Below are positions 12,301 through 26,981 of a stretch of 64,000 nt of DNA, in pieces; positions within the stretch are counted from its first letter, which is position 1; each line of letters starts with the position of its first letter. The position numbers and the translations under genes are program-made. This DNA comes from Owenia fusiformis (taxonomy: Eukaryota), in the NCBI GenBank assembly GCA_903813345.2, contig CAIIXF020000001.1, positions 35,340,001 through 35,404,000 on the forward strand. Reading direction: 5' to 3'. A model generated the notes under the pieces. It was given only the letters and a program-made list of their open reading frames with translations, did no database searches and had not been told where the DNA came from.

Positions 12301-15300
12301 GTGCAGAAAGCATTGTCTTTCAAAATGATATCTTAAAATTATAATAAAAAACAATACCATATTCAGATCTAGGGTTGCTTTACAAAATTGTCGTTAAAAT
12401 GAGTACAGATGAAAAAATACAAAATAGAAGGTTCTCTCAAAATCTTATTGATTTCGAACGTTATGTTTAAATCAGAAAAGTGATGAAAGATATAGAGGCA
12501 ATTTCGCCAAGGCTTATATGGACTATATATCTAAAAAAAACTTATTCAATAGTACTTATACTCTCTTGTGACAATGAAATCGTTGTTGATGTAACAACTT
12601 TATTCTGGTTCCACTTACTAGATTCATGTTGACATTTTAGGACTATTCAGCCAAAACATACGTATAATATTGATTACTTAACATGGTGCCATTCTAATAT
12701 CAGACTCTCTCTTTTGCTACTCTTCAGTAAGTGAAAGAGTAGGAACTGTGGATATCACAATGACATGGTTAATTTAATAAGACTCTATGGAATTATAACA
12801 AAAACAAGAAATAAATGTCTGAGTTACAAAGAGATTTAACGAGGCTGTCTATAGTTACATTTCTACCAAAATTCTCCTTTACCAGATGTTTGCTTATAGA
12901 GTATAGTATACTACTAAAACATATTTTTATGTGATAATGACATCACGAGGCATTAACATGCAAAACATCACTACCTGCCATTTGTGACAGACACCGACGA
13001 CTAAATGCCAAATGCCGAACACCATCTACAAAAAAGTTGGAGACAATAACAATATGTCACTACGTGGTGACAAAACAAAGCATTTACATGACCTGGCTAC
13101 AAACAGTTTTAGAGATAAAAAATTTATCAAAGTGAAACTCTCATTTACTGCTATAGTAACCAAAATTGCCTGAAATGTGAAGATGTGTATAATAGCATGT
13201 GTAAAGGTGAATACTGATTCACAGTATGATTTTCAAGTTAATCAGACTACAATTCCTCAAGATGTTATCCCTGTTTGATCCATCAGTCATTGTAATGGTA
13301 TCAGATACTCTTGCATCTCTATCATGTCTATAGGCATGTATTGTTTGAACCCAATCTACCAGACTTTTTCAGTTATGTTACTTTTTGATTTAATACCAAT
13401 TTACAAAAATGTGACATGTCTTTAAACGTGTTACTATCAGAACAGATATTCAAGTCAATTTTAAGTTTATTCGTTAGTAACTGTAAATTGTAATTACACA
13501 CAATTTTTGTAAAAGTAACAAGTGTTACACACCTTATGCTAAAATTGTCATTAAAAAGTTTGAAGAGCAAAACACTATGGTTAGAAAGTTATTCTGTTTT
13601 ATTGTGGTTGCAGTCACCCCTGACTGCGTTTTTCATGTTTCTAATACTAATGTCTTTTGAGCAGGTGTCCAGGGCATCATGCTTTACAACTAACCAACTA
13701 CAGGAGCTATACATACACATTCTCTTCTTTCTTTCCTGAAAAAATGAATATAATTGAATTAGTATTTCCCAAGGTATAGTCATTTCTTCGGGTTGCATTT
13801 TTTTGAACACCCTGTATAAATAAAGCAAATGAAGTCTATAAAATGACAATGTTTGTGTTGGAGTTTCCATTGATTTATTTTACCAGAAATACTCAAAATC
13901 ATGTAAATTTGGTCAAATGTGTTTTTTACTTATATAAACTTGTCTGCATACAGCCAATCAGCATCATGGCATACCATGACCCTCTCTTCTGGGATCATAG
14001 AAAATAGACAGACAGGTTTTTAGATGCGATGTGTATCAGAACATAATACAGAATGGCCAATCAGCGCAGCAGATATTAAAGAATTTATTTTTTACTTTGA
14101 AGAAGGTTGGCATTATTCTTGGGTGTGACAAATACATAGACCATGGAAGAAACATAATAGAAAACAAATTATTCATTTTTATTTTCCAGGACCCCTCTTA
14201 TATCAAATGGTAATTGAGAAAGAAGAGGTCATTGTGTCCCATGATGCAAATTGTTGGTCATTTGGGGACAATAAAGTTAGCATGCCTAATTTAGGTTGGA
14301 AAGTGGCCAAAGATGAAAAATAAGTCTGCTCTCGTGAATGCATTATTTAGACTTCAAATTACTTTGTAACTTCTTTGGGACTTTTAATTGCTTTGTAACT
14401 ACTTTGTAACTACTAGGCAGACCTAAGTGAAAAGAATGTTCCCTTGAGTCTCACAATCATGTTTTACATTGATAATTTAGAGTAAAATCAGTTGCAGTAT
14501 TGGTAGTCCTGCAACAAGTTCACGTAGACCCACTATTCTAACACACCTAGTGACCTTAGAGAATTGATTCATCTTAGGTTTTGTCAAGTCAGTTCCCCTT
14601 ACTTTCTCTTTCAAAGCACATACGTATGTGGAATGAGATGAGGTAATAAGAGGGATCAATGTAATAGTTTTAAAATGACCAGGTATCTTCTCTTCTTGGC
14701 TGCAAACAATAAATATATACCTTCAACAACCCAAATCTTTCTTTCTGGAAAGGGAAATTGTATGGGGGAAATAGCTTGATAAAAGATACAAGACTTCATG
14801 CAAGTCCTAATTCATATTCAAGATTAAAACAGGAGCAGAAAGTATAATTCATATTTATGTTTTGAGATCTTTATTTAGAGCCGTTTGGTATACACAGACT
14901 ACACCAGACTTGACATAGTAATATAGTCCCTAAGATTAAAGGAATAAAGGAGATTTTCTCAAAAATTACATGTTGAATTCATGAACACATAAAAGTGATT
15001 TTCTATAAAATAACATGTTGAGTTCATGAATATATTGACTTGAGTCAAATAATTCATCTGCAACATACATCATTGAATAGACAAAAGCACAATGATCTGA
15101 ACATTTGTCTGTTCAATTTTCGAAGATGGTAAAAGTGCATTACTGATATCCATATTCCATCTTTCAGGATTATATCTGAGATGACAAAAACAGTAGAATA
15201 TACTTATTTGTTATAAATATTATTTTATGTAGATGTACATGATGAATGTCACAGCTCCTTATCGATTACATCGACACGAATCTAGGTTGACATTGCAGAA

Positions 15301-15852
15301 CACATGTCTGAATGTGTGAAAGGCTTTCAGTATCATTAGTAATGTTCTTGTACAGAAATATAATGAATTAAACAGAGAAAATGGTGTAGAATGAATGAAA
15401 TATTGCCATCAAATGTGATGACTATATGAGACTTTCCACAAAGCAATTATGCTGAAATCCCATTATTTCAATATCAGCATTGTCTTGGCTCATGTCATTC
15501 CGCAACTGTTTTTTAATATCTCACTTCTTGCTGATTGTCCAGGGAAATTCAAACACTTTACAAGTGACATAACGGTACCAAGACTGACATGTTGGACATG
15601 TCTCTGTGGAATTAAGGTCAATTATGCAGTCGTTAACACCTTTTACTCTCTTTCCATCTCTGCACCATCATTGGGTTGTCACTTTGTTATTATTAGATGG
15701 CTCCCTTGCGTAATTGGAAGTCTGAGAAGAACCTTTTAAGGCACAACATGAATCTCTCAGATGATAATGTTGTGTTTTGTTAAGATTATTGCTCATTTAC
15801 AAGCTATACAATACAGAGATCTGCCTGGGATGTGTGAAGTCTTTCTACTTGT

Positions 15853-15975
<123 letters not shown>

Positions 15976-16109
15976 TTATTCTTGAAGTACATTCACACCC
16001 CTTGGGGTCAAGTACATGTACAAACAAAAATTATAACAATTATAAAGGAAGGAAAAAGAAGACATTTACATGTAAAAAAACAAACTACAGAACTATTAGT
16101 ATTACTATT

Positions 16110-16520
16110 AATGATGATGATGCATTGGTGCACTAGAGATATAGCTATTGGTACTGGATGTAAATATATATTTTGCTACATTTATACAGTTTTGATTTTT
16201 ACCAGACATCAAATAAATAAATAGATTTTCTTGTACTGGCATTTTCATTTTAGACAACATTATACTTCTTTGTTTATTATACTTCGTAAAGTGAAGGAGA
16301 TAGTGTTCTTCATTTTCTATAATATTGCATGTTTCACATTTTCTCTCTTCCAGAGATGTCGGTTTTGGTCGTGTGTAGTGACCGAGTTCAATTTGGAGAT
16401 TATGTGCACTTATTCTAAGTTTAGTAAACTCTATGCAGGTCAAAACGTTTTAAAACATCTTAATAATTTTCATAGGCAAAGTTACTTATGAATGTGTTAT
16501 AAGTTCTTAATTTGTTATTG
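16110..16520 (-). mobile_element. LINE (CR1/L2 group) 3' fragment in POLR2D intron 4
   Basis: KLRISAHNLQIELGHY..EERKCETCNIIENEEHYLL is the typical C-terminal zinc-knuckle region of non-LTR ORF2. Confidence 0.75.
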
Positions 16521-17699
16521 CACTTTCAATTTTGTGTATCATTAGAGATTTTATTCTTCCAGAATTCATGAAATCGGCTCCTTACTTTGCTTGCATTCAG
16601 ATAATACTTCTGGTGTTATATCTAGTATTTCATCAGTATTCATAAATATTTTAATCAATTTTAAGAACATCAAATACCATGACATGAAATTCTGATTTTT
16701 TTGTGTTGTGAAATGCTTAAATAAGTAGTAACAGGTTATCAGAGTCCTGAATATGAGCATAAAAATTACATATTCTATCAAATACTGTACTCCGGGTAAA
16801 TTTCAACTCTATAAAATTTTGCGATTTTTCAAAATTGCAATTTCGTAGCTATTAAATTTCGCGGATTTGAGTAATGGCCTAATAAGCCAACTCAAAATAT
16901 TAGACATTTTAGGCCCTTTTTAAAATATCACCCCACAAAACTAGACGAAACGTTTTACACCAAACGAAATACAGGGTGGGCCAAAAAAAAACCGCCACTT
17001 CTTTTCAAAATGCTATAACTTTTTTAATTTTTGATACAAAATCATAATTTGCATACCAAATGAAACTTGAGGTTGTTATCTAGCCATGGATCATGAATTA
17101 TATACTTTTACTTGAAATAAAATATGTCAATATAACATTGTGGAAATAATGGGACGATCTCTTACTAGTATACTTTGCAGGTAATTAACACAGGAGATCA
17201 TAAATCATGACACCATACATGTATTTCAAACAAAAGAAAGCAGATTTGACATTATTTGTAACAAAAAAGTCATTCAGTGAACTTAATCAATTACTGACCC
17301 TGTTATAGCCTCTTTACCTTTGTAATGTACCTTTTAAAGATCTGGTGGATTTATCCAAAATATTTACAATTTTTCGCACTTAAGTTGTGTTCTTGCAACC
17401 ACTTGACCAATCATGATCAAACTTGTCATAGCAACTAACTATATATAGATACATAATCCTTAGAAATATGAATGTGATTGAAGGTATTTAATAGAAACTA
17501 TTGATGATTATCATAGTACCCCTCATAAAAGTAGCCAGGGGGGTATAAATGGCAATAATTCGCAGATGCTGAAAACTAGACCCCATTATTTTCAATGGGA
17601 AATGATATATTTCACATAATTTTTTTAAGGTTAAGTTTTATTTCTTTGCATAATTTTATATAACAGTATTTATTATTAACATACTAGGAAGGCCGAGGT

Positions 17700-19320
17700 A
17701 AAACTACATTATTGGCCTCCCTTTAAATAAAAGTTTGCAAAATAAACATTGATATAAATGAACATGTTTTGTAAATGTATTGTTTATAAGAGTCTCAGTG
17801 GCCTCAATTGAGATGATGATAACAATAGTGATGATGATGGTGATGATATGTTAAGGCCAATGTTAAATGATAGAATCAACAAAATTTGCCGTAAGGTTCA
17901 TAATATCAGCATTACATTTATCTGAGAACTTATGATCTCCAAAGAGTATGGGGTGAACTTTATCCTCATTATTTAGACTGGCAAATTCTCTAAAGTTAAA
18001 ATTTTGCAGCTCCTGTAGTTTTTGGGTAAAGTTGGACCTTGTTCCAGTTGATAGAGGGCAGTAAATAATAAATGGGTCTTGGTTTGCTGGGCATGATGTC
18101 CACAAGGGCAGCTTGGGTCTGGATAGTTGTTGAAGTGGTGCCTAAAGAAGTCTGATCTAAGTGCTAGGTCTGCTCTTAAACGGTTTAGTTTAATTTCAAT
18201 AGATCGTTTTATATTCAATTTTGTTGTCAGCACTGACCTAGGGTTTGGGTTATATTTGGTTTTATTATACCTTGACTTGAAGGCTGATATTGAGGGACTG
18301 CGTTTAACTTCAGGTGAAATCATTTTCCATACTGTATAACATAAATCCGGATGCTTTATTTTCCGAATTGGATTAAAATTGTTATTGCCGAATAAAAGTT
18401 TGCCGACCAGACACCCCTAAATGTAAAGCCAAATAAAATATTGCTGAGCTGACACCCCTAATATAATTTTGATTAACAACTGAATTTTGATCACCTTCTT
18501 TTGACTGACTCAGAAAACCTGACATCCTGAGTCCTGACATTATGAGTGACAATTTGAGTGATTTATTCACATATTACCTGCATTTGATAGACTCGGGTAA
18601 ATTGATACCAGGATTAAAAACTTTAAATATTGGGATTAAAAACTTTTAATACTGGGATTTCCAAAGCACTTGGATACAATTAGATCTTCTGACATTTTAA
18701 CTCTTTAACATGACAATCCTTTTAATATTTTATAGATTTTACTGCATGCATTTAACTGCAACATTTTTATTATTAACTTTTTATTGAAATTTTATGCTGG
18801 GGAATAAAGCTTCGATTTTATCGTTGATACTCGTTCGAAAATTACCCTATTACAGTAAGTTGACGCACGTTAGACAACTACCATATTATCGCCCACTAAG
18901 ATCGATCTTCAATTACTTAATTATATTTCCGAATTTTATGTTGCCGTTTCTGTTTTACATTCGGCAATTGGCAACTTTATATCCACGGCAATATTTCATG
19001 TTATACAGTATTCTTATTGTTGCAATGGCAGGAGAGTTTCATTGAAGATTTTGCTGGAACATTATATTCGTGCTGGGCACGAAGTACTCTCTGTACCTGG
19101 ATTTTTAAGTTCATTGTATATAGATTGTACATAACTAGGAGTCTTGTTTTTGGATACCTTGTATATTAGAATTGCCATTTTTTCTTTTATTTTCCGACTT
19201 AGTGTCTTCCAGTTTAGTGAATTCAAGACTTTGATTTCAGAGGAGCCCTTAGTGGCACCAGACACTAACAAAGCGGCTCTGTAGTGTAACCTATCCAAGG
19301 TAGTTAGGGCATAATGTGAT
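17700..19320 (-). mobile_element. LINE (CR1/L2 group) 3' fragment, interrupted at ~18370-19050
   Basis: Fragments LDRLHYRAALLVSGA..LNWKTL (19062-19320) and RLRADLALRSDFFRHHF..PSCPCG..HLLF (17973-18323). Confidence 0.75.
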
Positions 19321-20775
19321 GAACAAATCACATAATTAATTAGAAAAATGCAATCCTGTAAGCAAAAACATGAACCAAGCTCATCCAGTACTGTATCAGT
19401 AATAATGGAACATGAGTCATATTCTTTATAATTAGATGGGCAGAATAATGGTATACAAGACAATAACAAAATGGAAATGAATAAAAATTCAGTTTTCAGG
19501 GTTATTTAGATATTTCAAAGACAAGAAACCATAAAAAAGTTGTGTTTCATTTTATTGTTCGTCAGTGATTTTTGCTCTGCAAGGCCTACATATACACATG
19601 ATAACCTATACGAAAAAAAATTTTCAACCTCTGATTTCTCAATATCAGCGAAAATGCAATTGTAACAATGTGGAAATAATGGGACGATGTTTGTCAATGT
19701 GTCATCCTACATACTAGGCTTATTACATTCAATTATCAACAACTTAGTCCCCAATTACTCCCTTTGTGCTAAAAGCAGGAAGATGCCACTGTTACTCATA
19801 ATTAAGATGACAGCAAGGCAAAACAAAATTGGACATCATGGATAAGAAATGAGGGCTCAGTCAACAATCAATACACATAGAAAAAGGGAATTGAAACACT
19901 AGAAATGACCCATCAGTCAAATTCTTCAGAGGTTTGAGTATCTACTTTGTGTCGAAGACTCTATTTCAATTGGCCAAGTATTGTATTGTTTCGCATATGT
20001 ATGACTATGGTTATTAAGGGAATGAATGGTAGAATTTATATTCAAGGATAATTATGAAATATTTGTCACTATCTATAAATTTTGAAATATTTATTCTGGA
20101 AGTACAAAACTACAATTCTTCCCATTTATAGATGCCAAGCCACTTCAAGAATTCAACACAGTAAGTAAGTAAAATATATGTTCTGCCCAAATATGGTATT
20201 GTGGTTACCATATGAAATTTAGATGTAAACATATTATTGGATTAAATGGAGGATGTGAATGATACCTGCAAATTGTGGTTTTGATTGTTGTGTCATTATA
20301 TTAAAAAATAATAAAAAAAATATTAAAGGACAATACACCCATTTTGTCAGGAATTGTCAATTTTTATGGCTTTATCTTCTCAGATAGTAGTTATGCAAGA
20401 AATAAGGTTAGATTTGACTCACAAACATTAATAGGCAAGATCATAGTAGAAATAATCTTGATTTTCATCATTTAAAACTTAAATACAATACTCAACATTT
20501 TGTCCAAGTAACATCAGATGGTTGACAGATGATTAAATATTGATATAAATCACAGTTAAGATCAATAAATGCTGCTGAAATCTGTTTGTTCTGAGGTTTA
20601 ACATTATTTTAGGATTAAGCAACATATTGAGTAAAAAATAGGGGAGATCATTGAACAGTGTCACTAAGATACATAACTAAAATATAGATTGAAGAACAAC
20701 CATTACTCTGACATCTATTAGAGAATATATTATATGAGTATCTTCTCTGTCCACTGGCGCCATCTTTTCACTCAC

Positions 20776-20871
20776 CTTGGTATTAATGACTTGGCTTCAT
20801 CAGCATTTTCAGGGCAGAGATTCGCTAAAGCTGCTAATTCAAACTTATGTAGCTTCTTCTGCATCAGTAAA
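20776..20871 (-). CDS. POLR2D: RPB4 coding exon 4
   Basis: TTCTAG| ... |GTGAGT; encodes (S)[31 protein letters not shown]. Confidence 0.96.
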
Positions 20872-21123
20872 CTAGAATGAATAATGATAATTCCAAGAAA
20901 ATAGAATGGTAACTTAAAAACATGTTAGTGATATAAGAAAACTAGTTACTGATCGAATGTAGAAGTACATTCTATCAGAAAGATGGACTTAACTGATGAT
21001 ATATACAATATTTTCAAATCAAAACTCTTTTAAATATTTCAAGCCTTGATATTTTTTGAAAACAAGCATTTCATCAAGCCTGTTTATGGATCAAATTTAT
21101 TGTAGGCATTATTAGGTATTTTA

Positions 21124-21535
<412 letters not shown>

Positions 21536-21539
21536 AGGA

Positions 21540-22023
21540 GAAAAATGAAGGCCATTTTGAAATTCAGCTGCCATCTTGAAAATTCTTTCACGAACAGAGC
21601 TAGTGTGTTCTCAGACATAAGGATATCAAATTTGATCTGAATCCGTTCACTTTTAGTTATCAAAGATTACGTTTTATTTACAAAAAATGGTGGCCATTTT
21701 GAAATTCAATGGCCATTTTGAAAATCTCTTCTTGAACATAGTTCCTTAGACCTTAGGTATCAGAATATAGAATTTGGACCAAATCCGTCGACTAGTATTT
21801 AAATTATAAAAGATTACATTTTTAATGAAAAATGGCGGCCATTTTTAATCGAGCAGCCAGCCATATTGAAAATTCCTTCTCGAGCACAGGTCCTACTCCC
21901 ATGAGGCATAAACCTGTAAAAGTTTAATTAAATCCATCAACCGGTATTTGAGTTATTGGCCAGACACACGGATGGACAGACGACTTCTCTATATCCCCCT
22001 CGAACCTTGTTCGGAGGGATAAT
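21540..22023 (+). mobile_element. HINE/DINE-1-like (Helentron-associated) element, 3' part
   Basis: Tandem GGCCATTTTGAAA-rich units, a GACA/GACG microsatellite, then TATATCCC + hairpin CCCTCGAAC..GTTCGGAGGG + ATAAT end. Confidence 0.6.
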
Positions 22024-22177
22024 GATATAAGTAAGGGTTCTACACAAATTGAGATAGAAGTCCAGGTATCTAGTCTTAATAATACACACAATGATATAGG
22101 GTTCTACACATACTGATATACATGTGGGGGTTCAGCATTCTACACACACTTATATAGGATTCCAGTGATCCAGATAC

Positions 22178-23028
22178 AACCAGAACAACGGCAACACCAA
22201 AGCGTAGCGAATCCCATCGAACAGCCATGGATGGCATTTTTACAAACAAAGTATATAGCAAAAATGGCAGCCATTTTTCAAAATGGCCACCTTCTACCAA
22301 AAATGTCATTAGACAGTGTGTCATGCTTATAGTATTCATATACCAAATATGAACAAAAACGCTCTCCTACTTTTCGAGTTGTAGTAAAATACGTTAAAAT
22401 GGCTGCCATTTTTCAAAATGGCCACCTTCTACCAAAAGTGTCATTAGACAGTGTGCCATGCTTATAGTATATACATACCAAATATGAACAAAATCGCTCC
22501 ACTACTTGTCGAGTTATAGTAAAATAAGTTAAAATGGTGGCCATTTTTCAAAATGGTCGACTTCTACCAAAAGTGTCATTAGACAGTGTCACATGCTTAT
22601 AGTATTCACATACCAAATATGAACAAAATCGCTCCACTACTTTTCGAGTTACAGCAAAAATCATAAAATAACGAGTAAAAGCCGCCATTTTTCAAGATGG
22701 CTGCCACTGTGCTTCTTAAATATCTACATTTCTAGCTTATTAATGTCCTACATAACTTTTTTACATTTAAAACATATTGCTATTACAGTTTTACATACTG
22801 CACCTAAATTACTATAAAATTGGCACTAAAATGGCTGCCATTTTGAAATGAGCGGCCATTTTGAAAATCGGCTTTCGAGCAAAACTTCTACCCATATAGG
22901 GTATAAATGTACAAAATCAGGCCAACCGTATTTGAGTTATTGCCTGGACGGACGTACGTACGTATGTACGTACGTACGTCCAGACGGACGGAGGCGTTCC
23001 CTATATCCCTCCGAACATGGGATAATAA
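22178..23028 (+). mobile_element. HINE/DINE-1-like element with three ~135-bp internal tandem repeats
   Basis: Units start AAAATGG..GCCATTTTTCAAAATGG at ~22262, ~22396 and ~22531. An (ACGT/ACGG)n microsatellite lies at 22947-22992. The end is TATATCCC..GGGATAATAA. Confidence 0.65.
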
Positions 23029-23186
23029 CACAGGGGTTCTTAGTAACACACTGATACACACTAGGCCACAGATAACATGTGAAAATGTGGTTAGTAAATT
23101 CAGGACATGTGTCCAGTAGACTCTTAACTTTAACATACATTTTTTGTATTCATGTCTTCTAATAACAGACATGTGCCCTAACTTAC

Positions 23187-23244
23187 CTATGCTCTAACAG
23201 CATCTGAACCTCTGATATCAGCAATGTTTCTGCATTTTCAAACT
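23187..23244 (-). CDS. POLR2D: RPB4 coding exon 2
   Basis: TTTGTAG| ... |GTAAGT; encodes (E)FENAETLLISEVQMLLEH. Confidence 0.96.
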
Positions 23245-23462
23245 CTACAAATACAAAAAAATCATTTAAAATAATGCATTACATCAGTCATTACATCCTT
23301 CAGAGCAATCATGCCTTATTCCTTCATGAGTTTCCATATCCATCTGCCGAAAGGTAGACCCCTGTTTAGTCTCTCTGGAAAAGCACACTTGACTATTTGG
23401 GTCACACACACATTTTTCGCAATTTGTGTGAAAATCCGAGTGGTGAATTGTCGATGTACGCA

Positions 23463-23628
23463 TATTAGCCTTTTGCAGATTATTGACATAGACAAAGTCA
23501 GTTAGATCTAGTCTATTAGATAGAGTCTCTAGCTTATTGCGGAGAAAAATGAAAAATCATGAATGATTTATAATTCTTTTGTGGGTAATTTGTCTATGTC
23601 TATGTCAATAATCTGCAAAAGGCCAATA
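23463..23628. mobile_element. Short MITE
   Basis: Inverted ends TATTAGCCTTTTGCAGATTATTGACATAGAC / GTCTATGTCAATAATCTGCAAAAGGCCAATA. Confidence 0.65.
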
Positions 23629-24592
23629 AGCCCATATAAAGCTCCCCTCTTTACCAGTAGTACAGGCTTGTCGCTGTGCACTAGGGACCTTTTACATTAA
23701 AATAAAGAACTACATGTATATTAAAAACATACCTATTTAATTGCAGTTATTGACATAGGCATAGTATGATTTAAAACTACTTAGACTGTCAGTCTTAGAT
23801 GTCAACAGGTATATAGACTTTGAAGATATGACTATGAACCTAGAGTGTTCCATTTAGCTAGTGTCCTAGGGAAATAGCTAAATTTGTATGCATCTGTTCT
23901 AGTTGATGGTTGTATGAACTTAGAAGGATGATACAACCTAGTGTTGGTATTGATCTGTTGGCGGAAGTATGGAGGCATGTTGATGGCTGCTAGGTTCTGC
24001 TTTCCTTTGTAAAAAAAGTAAAACTCTAGCAGCCTCTCGATGATCTTTCAGTGGCTCCCACTCTAGGTCTTGAAAAGCTTTGGTGACGCAGCCTGGTTCC
24101 CTTGAGTGACATTTGGTTACAAACCTGGCTGCTCTTCTCTGTACCTGTTCCAACATATCAATATCTTTTTGTCGGTATGGATCCCATGCCGAACTGGCAT
24201 AATCTAAATTAGGCTGGATAAGTGACTTATTCGCCTGAGCCTTCACTTTTTCAGGGCATTGATGGAGGTTGCGCCTGAGAAATCCAAGCACCTTATTGGC
24301 TTTGGATACAATAGTTTTAATATGTGTAGTTTAGGGGTGGGACAGTCACCCGAAATTGTTCTGTTCCGCGGTTACTTTGGGTTCGGTATTGGAACTCGGA
24401 ACACGAGGAAGCACTTTCGGAACGGGACAAGACACCTCAAGCTCAGTATTTTTCCATCAATTAGATCGTAAATAAGCCGATTTTGTCTAATATCAAAAAT
24501 AAATTTAAAAACTTACGAGAGATTCTCCTCCAGATTTGAAGAGTCAGTATGCGCTAGAACTACAACTTTAGCAAACGAAAACAATCAATATT

Positions 24593-26528
24593 CACGATGC
24601 CCATGTCAAGCAGCGTGCCTACTAGGCACGCAGTTTGAAACTCTGACAAACTGCGCGCATATTTCAAAATGTGAGACGGGGAGGACACGACTCCCAAAAA
24701 GAGCCAAAATACGAAAAAACAAGGTTAGTCTCGTTCTAAAGATAGTACCATTCTGTGAAGATGAACTTAATTTACTCATAGTACTCAATGTTCTTCCCGA
24801 TGTAAACCTAGTTATCTCAATATAAGGGTCTTAAGTAACTTCTGTGTTCTAAATTTACAGTGTAAAGTTATACCTATGTCTTTTTATCGTCATTTGCCGT
24901 TTATTCAACCATTGTGTCTGTGTATGCTAGAATATATAGGATCACTCCATCTGATTAAAGGAGCAAAGTTTGTGTTCAAAACGATAATACGCCATAAACG
25001 TGATTTTAAACATTTTTCTTGTCAAACTGCGCGCCTATTTTCACATGTATTTCCCAAACTGCGTGCCTAATATTTCCAAACTGCTTGCTTATCCAAGCTT
25101 GTTTTGTATTATTAGAAAACATAAGTGCCATACAAGGCACATATGTGTAGAACCCCATAATTGAAACACTATGAGAGTCCATCCACCAAGATGGTGATCT
25201 GAAAATAAAAGTTTTTTTTCGTTCCCAACTTAATTGTCACTTCTATTATACATTTTGACTTTCAATATGAAAATCTCATAAAATCTGACGATAAAGCAAA
25301 ATTTCCAAAGCTACATGAAAACACCTACACGTGCCTCTGTAGAAATTCCTATGATAATATGTAGTTTTAATAGTGTATGCGCTGCGCACAGTTTGTAATT
25401 TCTGGCTAAAATAGGCGCGCAGTTTGTGGTTTATTTCTCTTTAATCTCCTGATTATCTGTTTTAACTGGAAATATTTTGAATTATACATGATAAATGTGT
25501 AAGGAATTAAATATAAAACGAGTCTAAAGTATTTGTCAGTGCTAGATCGATTTACGTATAAATTCCCGTTAAATCAGTGACGAAAATGCCGCGCCATTAA
25601 TCTGCTTATGTTTTAAAACTTAGATTCATTTGCACATAGTTTTTGCTAGTATTTGCAAGATTCGTATATTCGCCACAGAATGAACGCATTGAACAAGAAA
25701 ACAATGCAGGATAAATGTCTTTAATTTAACCTTTAGCGTGCTGCCGGCGGACTCGTCCGCCGAGACTAAAATGTCTCTCACAACTGCCGGCGGACCCGTA
25801 CGCCTGATTTCAAACTTTTAAAAACTTTACTTTTTCGCGCCATTCGTATTGTCCAATTAGATTGCCCGATTTATTCAGTGCCTAACATGACTTCCTGTTG
25901 ACCTAGAAATGGCTATATTTCGAAAAATAATTCTCAATTCAACAATTTAAACAGTGTTTTAGTCGTTTTTAGTGAACGAATCGTACAAAATGGTGGACAA
26001 ATACGATCACAACGAAAATGTGGAGGAAATAGATTACGATTTCGAGCTCTTTAGGCTCTTGGAAGCCGATAACGGTCATCGAAAATAGAAACTAGAATAT
26101 TTTCTGAATTGAAAAATTGAACATTCGATCGCTGCAAATTCAGATTTGGATTCTGACCAGACGAAGAGGCGGAGCGGCGGATTCCGGAGGAGTATTCATG
26201 GTATATTTATGCCCAGTCGTGTTAATGTACGAAAAAATTCATGAGAACATTTTTTCATGAGCCAGGCTACTGTATCTTCCCTTTGTGAAAATTTTATCCA
26301 GATTCATTCAGTAGTTATTGAGATATTAATTATTTAGTCCAGGCATATCATTTTTTGCACTCTTTGAAAAATAAGCCAGTTGCGTGGGATAAGGCAGCAT
26401 GGTAAAGGTTAAATTACGTTTCAAAATACAGACTCCAACTTAAATGATGCAATGTTGTTAGGCACGCAGTTTGTGATCGAAACAAACTGCGCGCCTAAGT
26501 AGGCGCGCAGCTTGACATGGGCACCGTG
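24593..26528. mobile_element. Non-autonomous element with Transib-type ends (CAC...GTG, 5-bp TSD)
   Basis: TIRs CACGATGCCCATGTCAAGC / GCTTGACATGGGCACCGTG. Perfect TSD ATATT (24588-92 / 26529-33). Many internal AAACTGCG(C/T)GC repeats. Confidence 0.8.
25730..26408. mobile_element. piggyBac-type non-autonomous element
   Basis: TTAA on both sides; TIRs CCTTTAGCGTGCTGCC / GGCAGCATGGTAAAGG. Confidence 0.8.
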
Positions 26529-26981
26529 ATATTTATTGATTAAATATAGCGGTAGTGGATGATCCGATAAAACCCCGTTCGATGAAGAATAACTATATCA
26601 TCATATCAATTAATCAATTGTGCAGTGTATATGAATAATATTTCAATCATCGCGATATTTTATCTTTGTTTCAAATATTTAACTCGTTTCATTTCAAGTT
26701 TGACTTCGTAGGCTCTCTATAATGGCAGCACCGACCGAAACCTTTACGATAGAAAATGCTTATAAAAAACCTCAAGAGCTCAGTTTGGGAGCACTTTGGT
26801 TTCCCAAGACTGGATGGGGTAAGGCTGATGTTCCGTTCCGAAGGTCTAAATAACGTTCCGTCCCGTTCCGAAATGTTTCTGTTCCATCCCACCCCTAGTG
26901 TCGTCCAGCGTAGGTTATTTGTGATGTCAATTCCTAGGTATGGGATGTGTGTTACCAATCTTAAGGTTTTCCCCTAGCATG

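Larger units (their letters stand above)
24332..26897. mobile_element. hAT-type non-autonomous element
   Basis: TIRs TAGGGGTGGGA / TCCCACCCCTA, subterminal GTTCCG repeats, and a degenerate 8-bp TSD GTGTAGTT / GTGTCGTC. Confidence 0.75.
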
